In this document: positions 52,871-64,000 of the stretch, one piece after another
Position numbering within the stretch: the stretch's first letter is position 1
Layout: the number at the start of each line of letters is the position of its first letter
Made by a program: the position numbers and the translations under genes
Assembly (NCBI GenBank): GCA_030141605.1
Contig: JAQGDQ010000052.1
Coordinates: 186,001-250,000, forward strand
DNA: 64,000 nucleotides
Source of the DNA: Tubiluchus corallicola
Lineage: Eukaryota > Animalia > Priapulida
Direction of reading: 5' to 3'
Notes under the pieces: generated by a model
The model's database searches: none
What the model saw: only the letters and a program-made list of their open reading frames with translations
What the model was told of the DNA's origin: nothing

Positions 52871-55277
52871 GAGTAGTCATAGTTATAGCTGCTGTTGTGA
52901 CAACAGTAATAGCAAGTAATAGCAGTGTAGATGTTGCTATTAGCAACCAGCGTAAGCATACAATTTTGATTGATAAATATAGGTTCTTCCTGCATCTTGA
53001 AGCCATGTTGTGATACTGAAGTTAGTAGGGTTTCATGTCTAAGTAGCCCTGCTTTTCGTTCACTAATTCCTGGCTGCTGTCCAGCAACAGTAAGTGCGTG
53101 GGGTAAACTTTTCCAAGAAAAGCCAGGTGACTTTTGGCCAAAGATAATTGACTTCCGCTGCTCCATAAATATAATCTCTTTTGTCTTGATTAGTGAAGCC
53201 AAATATCATGCAATTTAATCTGTAAAACACAGTACTTTTAGTCCATGTTATAAGTGTATTATTGCTATTATGCTGGATGGGATGTCCTAAAGTTTTAAGT
53301 GCTGTACATTTGAATGACTGTGCATGAATGTTAAATCTTTCTGGTGATCAACAATAGCAGTTATTAACAGTCTGATGTATGCTGTAATGTGAAGGCAGCA
53401 ATTTCCCTTTAGAGCTGCTGAAAGTTGGTAAGGCATGCGTTAAAATTTTATGGTGTCATTTTGATAGTTTATTTGTCCTTTACCTAAGTTGCTAAATCTA
53501 GTGACATTTTCACTTTAATCAACAATCAAATTTAGACGATTGAAGATTCTGAAAAATTGAGTCAACCTGGATTGTAAGTTTCCACTATAATTTTACTTTA
53601 CTACGTGATATGGTGAAAGGTCAAGAGTTCGAGGTTGCAATAAAGATCAATGGGACTATGTGTGGGACAATCTTTTTATTCAGGGCTGTCCATAAATTGC
53701 ATAAGTGATTAATTAGTTATTAGTTATCTGGCTTTTAGCTATCCTGCTGCTTCAAAATGAAATTTGTTTTACACAAACTTGAATTCTTATTTATTATATT
53801 GGGTTACTTGTTAGTGTAATTAATTAACCTGTTTACATTACCTGCAAGTACTGAACAGTTAAATCTAATGAATCTATAGATTAAAATCATAAAATAGTCG
53901 CTTAGTGTTGATTTTTTGTCAGTAACATTAAACTATTTTTACCAGAAATCTTGAGATTAGATTCCTAACACACATGCATTTTAGTATATTTGGTCTGATA
54001 GGCACAGGTGTTTTTTCTGTTTGATTCTATCTGACAATTAATTGTAAAAATGTAAGACTTTAATTTTTTAATTTGGAGGTTCTAAAAACTACTAACGATT
54101 TTACCATGTCAGAAATCTCAGCATGTTTTATGATCAATGTGTTAAGCAGACTAATTTCATTAAAAATAATTTGATTTAGTAATGTGCTTGTGAAACCTGT
54201 AAAAGACACAATTTTGTTTTATTAGGTAAGCGTAAGTAATTTCTTTCAGAATATACTGACATGTTTATTCACTCATTGCGTGTCTTATACTTCAACAAAT
54301 TTAATAGACAAAATTTTCAAAAGCAAATCAAAAGAATATTGATTTTCACTTAGTTTGTGTTCATGCTTTTATGTTTCAAAAATTTTTCATGCGTAATTCA
54401 GATGCATGACAGTTTTCTATATTAAGATGTTTGCACATGCTCTCGTAAAGATTACGTAGATTATTCTTGTTTGATATGTTATAAAGCAACAGTAAAATAG
54501 AATAAACACATAAACTGCAGAGATTAGTGGCGAACCATAGGGTGCGGCCACTAACTGTTGTTTATAGGCTCATTGTTTATAGGTGCAGTTTTTAAAATTG
54601 TACATGTTACATACATATAGCTGGAAGTTAGGCATTTGGTGACAAGTTAGATGTTGCAAGCAACCATGATTGACAACTCCAAGCCGATTACCTGCCTTGT
54701 AAAAAAGTTTAAATATTTTTTAAGTTTGAATTGTGTCTTATACAGTTATTTTTCAATGCCTTAAATAAAATTATTTGTGCAGAAGGTACAATAGTTGTAG
54801 CCTTTTTTTGAAATGAGCAGTTTTTTCAAGAAAAAAGAAAAAATCTGGCAACCAGATTTTTTGTGTTCATTCTTAGGACCCAATATTGTTTTTGCAGAGA
54901 TAGTATAGCAGCAGTATTTGACCACAAATTGTTACATTGCAATAAAGTAGGCATACCCAGTCTTTCTAAGTTTGGCCATTATTGTTGTTTCATTCTTATT
55001 GTTAGCATTATTTACGTACGTAAACAAACAAAAAACTAAATAATGTATGTCATATTCAAAAAATGATGTTTTGAAAGTCTTAGCATTTAGCTTTAATTGA
55101 TTTTCAATGTCTGTTACATTTACATTTAAGTGGATATTTCAGCTATTGTGACCTTATTCTGTGGTTAATTAAGAAGAGTAAAATTTCATTGGCAAATGCA
55201 AACTAATATTCTATTTAAATTTTTTAACTTTCAATTGAAATGTGAATAAATTAATTGAGTAAATTATTTAATTATAG

Positions 55278-55542
55278 ATAGGTAATGAAGCAGCTTACCT
55301 GTATGATGCAGTGCACCTGTATGCAGTGGCACTGAATCAAACTTTAACGGAAAGGAACGGATTATTGGATGAACTTGTGGCGTTGAATCAGACACTTGAG
55401 CTTGATGGTCAACATAATGCGACAGATAATGAAACTGTTACAGATGAAATACATTATAACATGACGTTAGCTAAATATCTTGCTAGCAACCCACTGAATG
55501 GAACATTGATAATTAATCATATTAAGCATAGGACTTATGAGA
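55278..55542 (+). CDS. Receptor GC coding exon 6 (contains sequon-rich insertion)
   Basis: attatAG|IGNEAAYLYDAVHLYAVALNQTL...NPLNGTLIINHIKHRTYE+A|GTAAGT. Confidence 0.92.
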
Positions 55543-55956
55543 GTAAGTTTCTTCATTTCTATTTCAAGCTTAAAGATAATTAATTTAACAAAATTATTAT
55601 TGTGTTTGTATTTTATTAAGACAAATTAGGTAGAACGCTTAGTAAACTTTTCTATGCAGCTGATGTATGCTTATTGTATCAGAAATAATCAACTGAGCTG
55701 TGTAGTAGCAGCAAATTGTAATAGAGTTTCCAAGGTAATATCTGTAAAGGTTACTCCTGATTTACTGCCAAATGGTGAGAAAATCATTTTGGTAATACAT
55801 CTGTGTTTAATGCGGCAAATTTTCTTTATGCCGTGTTCGAGAACTGCCTTTCCATTTTTAAGGCTAACAATGGATTACGAAGTAACAGCATTGAATTTAT
55901 AGCTTAACTGATTACTGTGCTGTTATAAACACATTCTATTGTAATTTTATGTTTAG

Positions 55957-56108
55957 GCGCCATGGGATACAAAATGCACATGGACAGTAATGGAGATGCA
56001 GAAGGCAATTACACTCTTCTGGCACTCAGGAAACAACCGGAAAATCCTTGTGGTTATGGACTTGTTCCAATCGCTGTCTTTCAGCTGCAAACTGACAACC
56101 GAATTCCG
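55957..56108 (+). CDS. Receptor GC coding exon 7
   Basis: gtttAG|(S)AMGYKMHMDSNGDAEGNYTLLALRKQPENPCGYGLVPIAVFQLQTDNRIP|GTATGA. Confidence 0.95.
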
Positions 56109-57192
56109 GTATGAAACACAATATCTTAACTTTGAGAAGTTTTACGTAGGTGTAGTGTAGTCTGTTTAGCCACAAGGTAACAACCAAACACAGTTAGTCT
56201 TTTTATACTGAAAAAAGTTTAATTAATTGCAGGTGAGCATATTGAAACTTAATTGCAATATCATTAATCTAATTAGGTAAACTAACTTTATCAGTTTAGT
56301 TATGCTGAGCTGAGACAACAATTATTAAATTTTCGAAAATCTAACTCCACAAAGAAAAGTAGATGTGAAAAAAGTTAGATCAGAGCCTGCATTTGAGATT
56401 GGGACCTCGGTGCCACACAACCACTTATGAACTACAAATGTTTTAGCTCATAACTAATAGTTTATCCAACAGTATGTTACAAATTCAGATCAATTATGCT
56501 AAAATGTATAAAATATATTAAAATACTGATCAACTGTTTGTTTTGGCACAGTGCCAAGTTGTTTATAAGCACCAAGGCTATGCCAGTACTGAATAAGCTA
56601 TATGAGGTTAGTCTCTGTGTTAATGCTTCAAGTCTTATTACAATTAGCTTTTAGACGTCACTGATTTGGAAAAATGGACCGAATTTGAAAGTTGCTAAAA
56701 TGAATCATGTTGCAAAGCAATGCAGATCTACTGAAATAAATAATTTAGAAATGCGAAAATCTTATGTTTGGAAAACCAGCTGCACATGTTCTTATTTGTC
56801 TCTGAATAACGTCGAATGAGTTATTTAGGATCTTTTATGCAAATTTGCATGACACTAAGTCTAGCTGTGATATATTTTCCCAAATGTGAATTTCATATGG
56901 CTTCATCTATCAGCTAAAATTTTGCTTCTTGACAGCACTAGTAGGACGGATTCTGCAATGCTTTTGTGTGCTTCTATTATTCATAGACATTTTAAATTCA
57001 TATTTATTGCTAGGTAACTATTAATTATGCTGACATTATAAACAAAAGCTGTTGTCAGTAACTGCCGCATACTATGCATTAAACTACCTTTTTCTCTTTT
57101 AAACACCCAAAGCGAATGTAAATTGTTCACGCAAGTCATTAATTTCGCTTTTTGGTTAGTGGAAGTAATGTTGCAGTGTAATATTGTTTTAG

Positions 57193-57298
57193 GAGCTTGT
57201 TATGCTGGCTAATGAAAGTATTCAATGGTTAGGTGATGGACCACCTATAGCTGAACCGAAGTGTGGCTTTAGAAACGAATATTGTATTCCTGAGAAGT
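57193..57298 (+). CDS. Receptor GC coding exon 8 (juxtamembrane Cys hinge)
   Basis: ttttAG|ELVMLANESIQWLGDGPPIAEPKCGFRNEYCIPEK+T|GTAAGT; W..G.PP..P.CGF....C is the conserved receptor-GC juxtamembrane motif. Confidence 0.95.
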
Positions 57299-57996
57299 GT
57301 AAGTTTGTTATAGTTATGCTTGTTTATGCCAAATGAACACTTTCTTTATTTTGTCAATAATTTGATGCCGATCGTACAAAGTTTTAAAATGATGCCATAC
57401 ATTTGTCTTCATGTTTTGGGGTGTGGCATAGTGGACATATTAGTGAGTTTTTCCAATTCACAGTAGGGATTGCATGTCCATGCAGCATATAATGAGATTA
57501 TTGTTGTGCTTGGACTGACGAACTTTTGATAAAACTGTGGGTAAAACACATTAGAAAAGAGGGGTAAGGTAAGATCAAGTTCCTTGTTAGAATGGCATAA
57601 AAACGTAAGAATAACAATAACAATAAGTATTGTCTTTTGTTGAGAACCAGGTAGTTTGCATGAGTCATATAATGAAAAAGTAAATCAATGAATGTAATAA
57701 AATTCAAAAACAGCTGTTTTTTTTAAATTACTCCAGATGTTATTCATACAATCATAAGTAAGTTACAGTACACAGTAAGTTAAGTTATAGTGGTCAGAAG
57801 TATGGAAATATTGTTTTGAAACTAGTTTTTACTCTTTGTCTCTGTTTTTAAATTAGTCTCACTAAAAAGCATTACAAACTTGGCAACACAGTAAAAGTAT
57901 CCCACAAAGTTCTAACACACTGAAGAAGAAATGTTTTAAAAATAAGTTGGATTGTCATTTAGCAGCATAATTTGAATAATTGATTTTATATTTCAG

Positions 57997-58075
57997 CATA
58001 TTTGGTAGAAATTCTTGGCGGTGTTCTCGGTGGTATCTGTCTGGTTTTGCTATTGGTTGGATTCTTTATGTACAG
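57997..58075 (+). CDS. Receptor GC coding exon 9 (transmembrane helix)
   Basis: tttcAG|(S)YLVEILGGVLGGICLVLLLVGFFMY+AG|GTAAAT; single hydrophobic stretch of about 21 aa. Confidence 0.93.
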
Positions 58076-60774
58076 GTAAATTTTTATTACAATGTGATTT
58101 TAACAAGAATAACTTTCTTTGTTAGTTTATTTGGTTCAGATTAGACAGTTTTTAAATCTGATATCTGAATCATCAACGTGCAAATATATGTACAAGCACA
58201 GAAGTACAGAAAAAATAAACTTTCTTTTTTCTCACAATAAGTTACACTATGTAATCTAATATTGCATACAAATTGTCATAAAGATAATTCCATTGTTTTG
58301 TGTTACTACCTACTTTTATTATTCACAGTTATTTATTTTTGTTAGTCAGATACTTAGATAGTTGTGTGTCTGTTTGCATATAACTACATACATTGTCCAA
58401 CATTACTAAAAACTGAAATAGGAAATTAACTGAAAACGGAAAATGAAAGCTCTCGAATGTTAAGTTTATTTTTAGGGAAGTAAAATCGTTTTTACCATTT
58501 TAAATGTCATGCAAAATATTGTGTAAATCAGTTGAGAAGCCAGCTAACCTGGAATACCATTATAAAAGCATGTAGACTCTAGCGGTCACGACAGCCTGGA
58601 TTTCTGCCACAGTTGCCCCTCGGCCTAATATATGAGTGCCGCTACTTAATTAGTTTGTTTTGTGTATTTTGTTCCCCTTTTTCGTTATAAGTGCTGGTAA
58701 TAAAACTTTTATACAGTGTTATTCTAGTGTTTTATTTTGTGTGTGTTAGATGACTTGCTACAAAAGATATATGTAATTATTTCATAAACAATTCATTATT
58801 AATTAAGATAACATTTGTTTTAAGAGAATTTTATTAGTTAAGTAATTAGTTACATTACAAAGCAACTGTACAAGATAGATAATCATAATGCGGAATTTAA
58901 AGGCTGCCAGGCTATCCTAGAATTCGACCTACTAACTCCTGAGTCAAGTTCAGTCCAATATCATTATATTGTGCGACATTGTGTGACAAAAATCAAGAAA
59001 ACACAGCAGTATAAGGCAATAGCTAAATCAGTTTCTCATCATACATAGTTTATGACAATGTGATTTGTAAGTCATGCACAATCGTACGGTTAAGGATTTT
59101 TCAAACTAATCTATGTTTAATGCAAAAATGATGAAAATAAAAATAAAATGACTTATTACAAAATAGTAAAGCACAGAGACATTCGTGCTGCTCTATCGAT
59201 ATTACAAAATACTAAAGTACGCTGCTGCTCTAGCATTGTGTTTTATGTTACTTTTTAACTGACCTAAGGCAGATATTTAGTACTTCTGTTCAACTTGTTC
59301 CAAATTAATGTACCCCGATTAATTCCAAATTAATGTACAGTGCTCCTAATAGGTCTTTTAATTAAATGTTAATTAGTGTGTCCACATGTTAATACTTTAG
59401 TCTATAAATGTACTTTCACATTTATTATGCATAACTTTTTTGTTGCTCAGTATGGTAAATGCTTATGTTGATATTGCATCTTATTGTAATAGTTATTGTA
59501 AATGATTTTCTGAGACATATAATATAGAGAATAAAAATGATACATTAATGGCTTTTAATTAATCTAGTTAAAAAAGAAAACTAGCTGATATAGCTTTTGC
59601 ATTATATGCGGGGGCAAGGTTACTTTTAGCAATAATCAGAGAACAATTGGGAAGAAGTTATTGTATTTTTATATGACTTATATATAACTAGTTTCGGTGA
59701 TATACACACGCACGCACGCACACACACACACACACACGTATCATTGTATCTACTATACTATACTTGTATATGTACTTGAGGTAGGTGTTTAGCCATGTCA
59801 ACGTGCCTGTTTGCACAGTAAATTAAAACAGACGTGCTGTAATCACCAAACATACCCCCAGGGATAGGTCATGCCCTCGAAACACATTGGTTTTTGTTTT
59901 AATAGGTCAAAGATCAAAAAATGCCTAAATGAATTTTTATCCATAGAGACTTTATGTGAAGGCATGGATGTGTACATATACTGAGTGCATCTAATTGTAT
60001 GTTAATTTCTGTTATTCTTTAATTCATTCTTTGTTACGATATTGCTAACTATTGAATTTCTATAGCATAATTTTGCAATTGAAGTCTGCAACCAAGCAAA
60101 CATCGTGACAAATTAGAGTCAGCCTAGTCCGTTTTGGCAATATCAGAATAATAAAATGAAAACAGGCTTATACATCAACACCAGAAAATTTAGAGAAACA
60201 CTTGTGTCACTGTAATCTCTTGTGTTTCTAATTAAACTGGGATTGTCTCAATACATAAATTTCATTCTATTTTTTATTGCTGTCTATCTTTTCTGCTCTT
60301 TTCTTAATGCCTGACACAGTTTTTGTGGGAGTTATAGTCTGATAATCACAAACCTGAACAAAGCGATGTGACTGAGCAAATTACAATTATCCTTGATTCT
60401 TTCCACTAACTGATACTGTTTCCTGTTTTTTTTTTGAGCATGGGTCTCTATTGAATTGAGTCAATGAAACTCTACAAGTATATCTGATAAGTGCTGGCAC
60501 TATGTTACACATGGCATTAATCACATTGTTTCTCTTGGGAGTCTTGACAGCAGAAGCGGTATTAAATACAAATGGTTTGTTCTGCTTGACTTACAAGCTG
60601 AAGTGTCAATAATATTACACAGTCTAATGCATTTTTTGTAACTCTTTTGTTGGAGAATTTTGATATTTTGATTCATGTGCGAGCTGGCAATGGAAATCAA
60701 TATGATAAAGTTGTTCAGTGAGCTGTTCACAGCAAGAATATTCAAATGTGTGATATGAAATTGTAATTTTCTAG

Positions 60775-60889
60775 GAGCTGGAAGTATGAACAAGAGTTGG
60801 ATAGCCTCATCTGGAAGGTTGATTTCAGGGACATTTATGTCAATGACTTTGCGATGCCGATGAGTATAGCTGGCAATAAACTGATGAGG
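60775..60889 (+). CDS. Receptor GC coding exon 10 (cytoplasmic juxtamembrane)
   Basis: ttctAG|(R)SWKYEQELDSLIWKVDFRDIYVNDFAMPMSIAGNKLMR|GTGAGA. Confidence 0.95.
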
Positions 60890-63270
60890 GTGAGAATGTA
60901 CATTTAACAGGGAGTCCATTGTTAAATGTAGACTAGACACTGTAGTTTTAACATGCTGTTAATTCAGTAATTGGTCAGTTAATTATTATTTTTAAGAGAC
61001 GGTTGGATAGTGAGATAGTCGGACTATCTGTGAACAGGTTCGTCAGTTATTAAGAGTGAGCCCATTAATCAATTTGATTCATTAGTTTTACGGTATTCGT
61101 TAGTTGGGCAAGGTTACTCAACCAATCAGTACCTGCAGTACCTTGATTGACCATTTAAGTGGATGCTAAGTTGCTCAGTTGATCAGTCAAGTAGTAGTGA
61201 AACTAGCACTTTGAATAGAGTTTGTAAAGTATAATCATTTTAGTCACAACACCGTTAACTGAGTTCGATAAAAATTGACCCTTTATTGGGATTTGAAGGT
61301 GACAGGACTGCTGATCACATGTATTGAAGCTAGCATGAGACGTACGAGTAGTTAATGACTGTATTTTTTGGCAATCTGTATTCTATTTCGCACTTGTGGT
61401 CCTGAATTTGAATTTTAATTATAAGCAGTTGTTAAAGAATAAGTATGTTGTGCACCTGTTTCATTATTATAATTTAGCAACATCTTAATTACAAAAAATC
61501 AAAGGAAAATAGCAGTGCGCATTTTGTCAACTGGCAGTTACTAATTGGAAAATGATTATGGCAAGGATTAAGAGTAATTACTGTATGTAATTATCTAAGC
61601 CATTAGAGTGTTATAATTTATGGCCTGCGACATCATACTGAGGATCGTAAAAACAGAATTATGAACTTATTATTCCTCAAACACCTTAATTTGCTGTTTC
61701 ATTATTAGCTAGGGCTTTTTAGATGTTAACGAAATTGAAGGCATGCATTATAGTAACGTCTCCTGCATTTCATAACTTAATGCAGTAGACTGCATAAGGC
61801 AACAAGCAAGTACTTTTGCTACTGTACAAAGATTGAATTATCAAATTCTGTTAGTTCTTGCTATCATTACAACCAGAGAAATATTTCAAGTCATTTATAT
61901 GATTTTGCAACATATATATATATATATATATTTATGCTCTTTAAAACAGTGTATTTTACTGTACTGTCAAGATTGCCTATCCCTAAAAATATTGCTTATT
62001 ATGATCAACGTTAACTTCAAGCCAGAGGACTTGTGCAACAGTAGATTGTACATGCTAATGAAACGTAATATGCATTTACAGGTTTTACATCTTTTCAGTG
62101 AAGAAGGTATATATTCTTAAAAACTTAACAACTCACCTACTTTAGTTAGTTAATTAACTGGTGTAGATGTGTTAACATGTTACTAATGACATGCCTTTAG
62201 TCGTGAACAGGAGATAATAACCTCTTTTCTTTCAATTATTACTATGAAATTGAGCCTACCTGCTGTGTACAAGACATGTGTCACTAAGGTGGAGAGCGGT
62301 GCCAGTTCTAATTCCTATAATTTTTTACTTTTCTAATCATGCTTAAACACTGTCAGTGTAGAAAAAGAGAGTAATGTCTTTGTAGCAATGTACACATTAC
62401 AATTGTAGAAGGAGCAAATGTTCTCTTTTGGGGGAAAATGCATTTTATAAATAATTTGATAACTTGACTGCATTAATTAATCAATTAACTAATTTCCATT
62501 CATTAACATATGCAGTTCTACCAAAGTATATTGAAGGGGTGGGGATGATTGTCATCTAATGTTATGTATTACGTTTTTGCAAAACACTGTGGCAAAAATT
62601 TAATTCCAGAACTCATCTGCTATTGGATGCCATTGCGAATATTTATGCTGCAACAATGATGAAAAAGTACAAAAACTCGCAAATGTACTTAGAGCTGCCT
62701 ATAATTTAAGATTAAAGACAGTTCATTTTACTTATTGTTCTGTGTTTATACTGCTCTACCACAAGGGCAACACTAACTGCTCCAAAGGTTAGAATATTGA
62801 TTATGTCCAACAAGTCTCAGTAGAGGTCAAAGTTGCGGCTAAAAACGTTTTTATCACTTTCTATGTCAATCACAAAAGCTTAGTTTTTCCTCCTCGGCTT
62901 AGAAGATATGTGTTATTAATAACTAGATCGAAAATTTGGCCCTAAGTTAAACCTATTTCCCATATGCTATGTAAGCTGTTAATTAATGGTTACATAATTA
63001 TCAATTGATTAGACATTTCTTCCTGCATATTAAAAATTGTTGAGAGTTGTTTAATTTATTCCTTCTAGTATTTTATTGGGACATGAATTAGATTCCGGGA
63101 CTTCTAGATAAACGAGTTTTAATTCAAGTGTTTCACAATAACAGCTCTGTTGTCTGCACATTTCTTCATTCTAAAATCTAAAGAATTATTTATAATTTTC
63201 TTTTATGGTTACTGAATATACTGAAGTTTCATGCTGCATTGGTATTTGTTGAAACACTGATTCTATTTAG

Positions 63271-63450
63271 AGAGGTTTAGCCATGCGATCCAGCCAAGTC
63301 TCGTTGGCTTCGTGTCTAGACAATGAGCAAACTCGAGTGACTCAGGTTTTCACACAGATCGGGACTTACAAAGGAACCATTGTAGCAATCAAGGCTCTAC
63401 GTAAAAAGCACATTGAAGTGACACGAACAATAAAGAAAGAAATGAAAATG
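63271..63450 (+). CDS. Receptor GC coding exon 11 (start of kinase-homology domain)
   Basis: atttAG|RGLAMRSSQVSLASCLDNEQTRVTQVFTQIGTYKGTIVAIKALRKKHIEVTRTIKKEMKM|GTAAGA; Ser cluster plus G.YKG..VAIK. Confidence 0.93.
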
Positions 63451-64000
63451 GTAAGAGAGATAAATTGACTTTTGCATTTTTTACTTTTTTTCCTTGAATG
63501 GCTTGTTTTACATACTTGACAAGGGATTTATTTAGAATCGTGTTAACACATTATTATAAGCCTACTGATTGTGATGTAGCACAGTCTTTACAGATGTAGA
63601 TAAAACTTGTGGCATCAATGGCCTCATCACTTCCTAATCTGGAGTTTAGAAATGAATCATTCATCAATGTAGTGTAAAAACTGTAAACAACATATGTATT
63701 TTACAGTTTATTTGGGACAAGTAACTGTAGAAAACATTTTCATTTCTTTAAATACTGAAAGTGAGTAAATAAGTAAAATGTCGGCTTACAATTACAAGAA
63801 AAAGTTTGTTAAATGTACTTACTTTTGCGTCTTGATTAACTTGAATTCCTTCTAATTGGCTGTTTGTCATGTTTTTCCATGAGTTTAATTAAATGCTTTG
63901 TTAATTAAGTCTCAACAGTGGAGTTTGTAGACTAATAAAATAATTGATTTAATTAACGTTGTCTTTTCAGCTGTATGTGTCAGTGCTCAAAAAAGGACAA

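Noticed and set aside
52572-52919. Signal-peptide-like, Asp/Met-rich ORF (and poly-His ORFs at 49944 and 52624)
   Set aside because: They derive from intronic (GAT)n repeats; no splice or homology support.
60521-60940. 139-aa minus-strand ORF
   Set aside because: It is antisense to exon 10 of the receptor GC and has no recognisable domain.
63971-64000. Acceptor-like ttttcAG followed by open LYVSVLKKGQ as the next exon
   Set aside because: It does not match the expected KHD continuation (approximately MRELRHDN..PF.GAC) and is too short at the window edge to evaluate.

Overview
This is AT-rich eukaryotic (invertebrate animal) genomic DNA, not prokaryotic. One protein-coding gene is well supported: a + strand receptor (transmembrane) guanylyl cyclase. 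Eleven GT-AG exons (13924-63450, 1950 nt, 650 codons) splice in frame. They encode a signal peptide, an ANF-receptor-type ligand-binding domain, the juxtamembrane Cys motif, a TM helix and the start of the kinase-homology domain; the cyclase domain lies beyond the window. The sequence most resembles, from memory, the CG10738/BdmGC-1 (eclosion-hormone receptor) type. The first coding intron is 36,090 bp. That intron and the upstream region are packed with nested non-autonomous DNA transposons. The most striking are 4-5 families of foldback/Phantom-like Mutator MITEs. They share 9-bp TSDs and asymmetric termini (GGT... / ...ATTC), but each carries its own ~15-bp subterminal tandem array in inverted orientation. 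Family A carries a head-to-tail Helentron (HINE) dimer as its whole core. One family A copy contains an inverted duplicate of its own end plus ~300 bp of outside flank. Most short ORFs in the supplied track are artefacts of arrays and microsatellites. All family assignments are by eye, with no database search.
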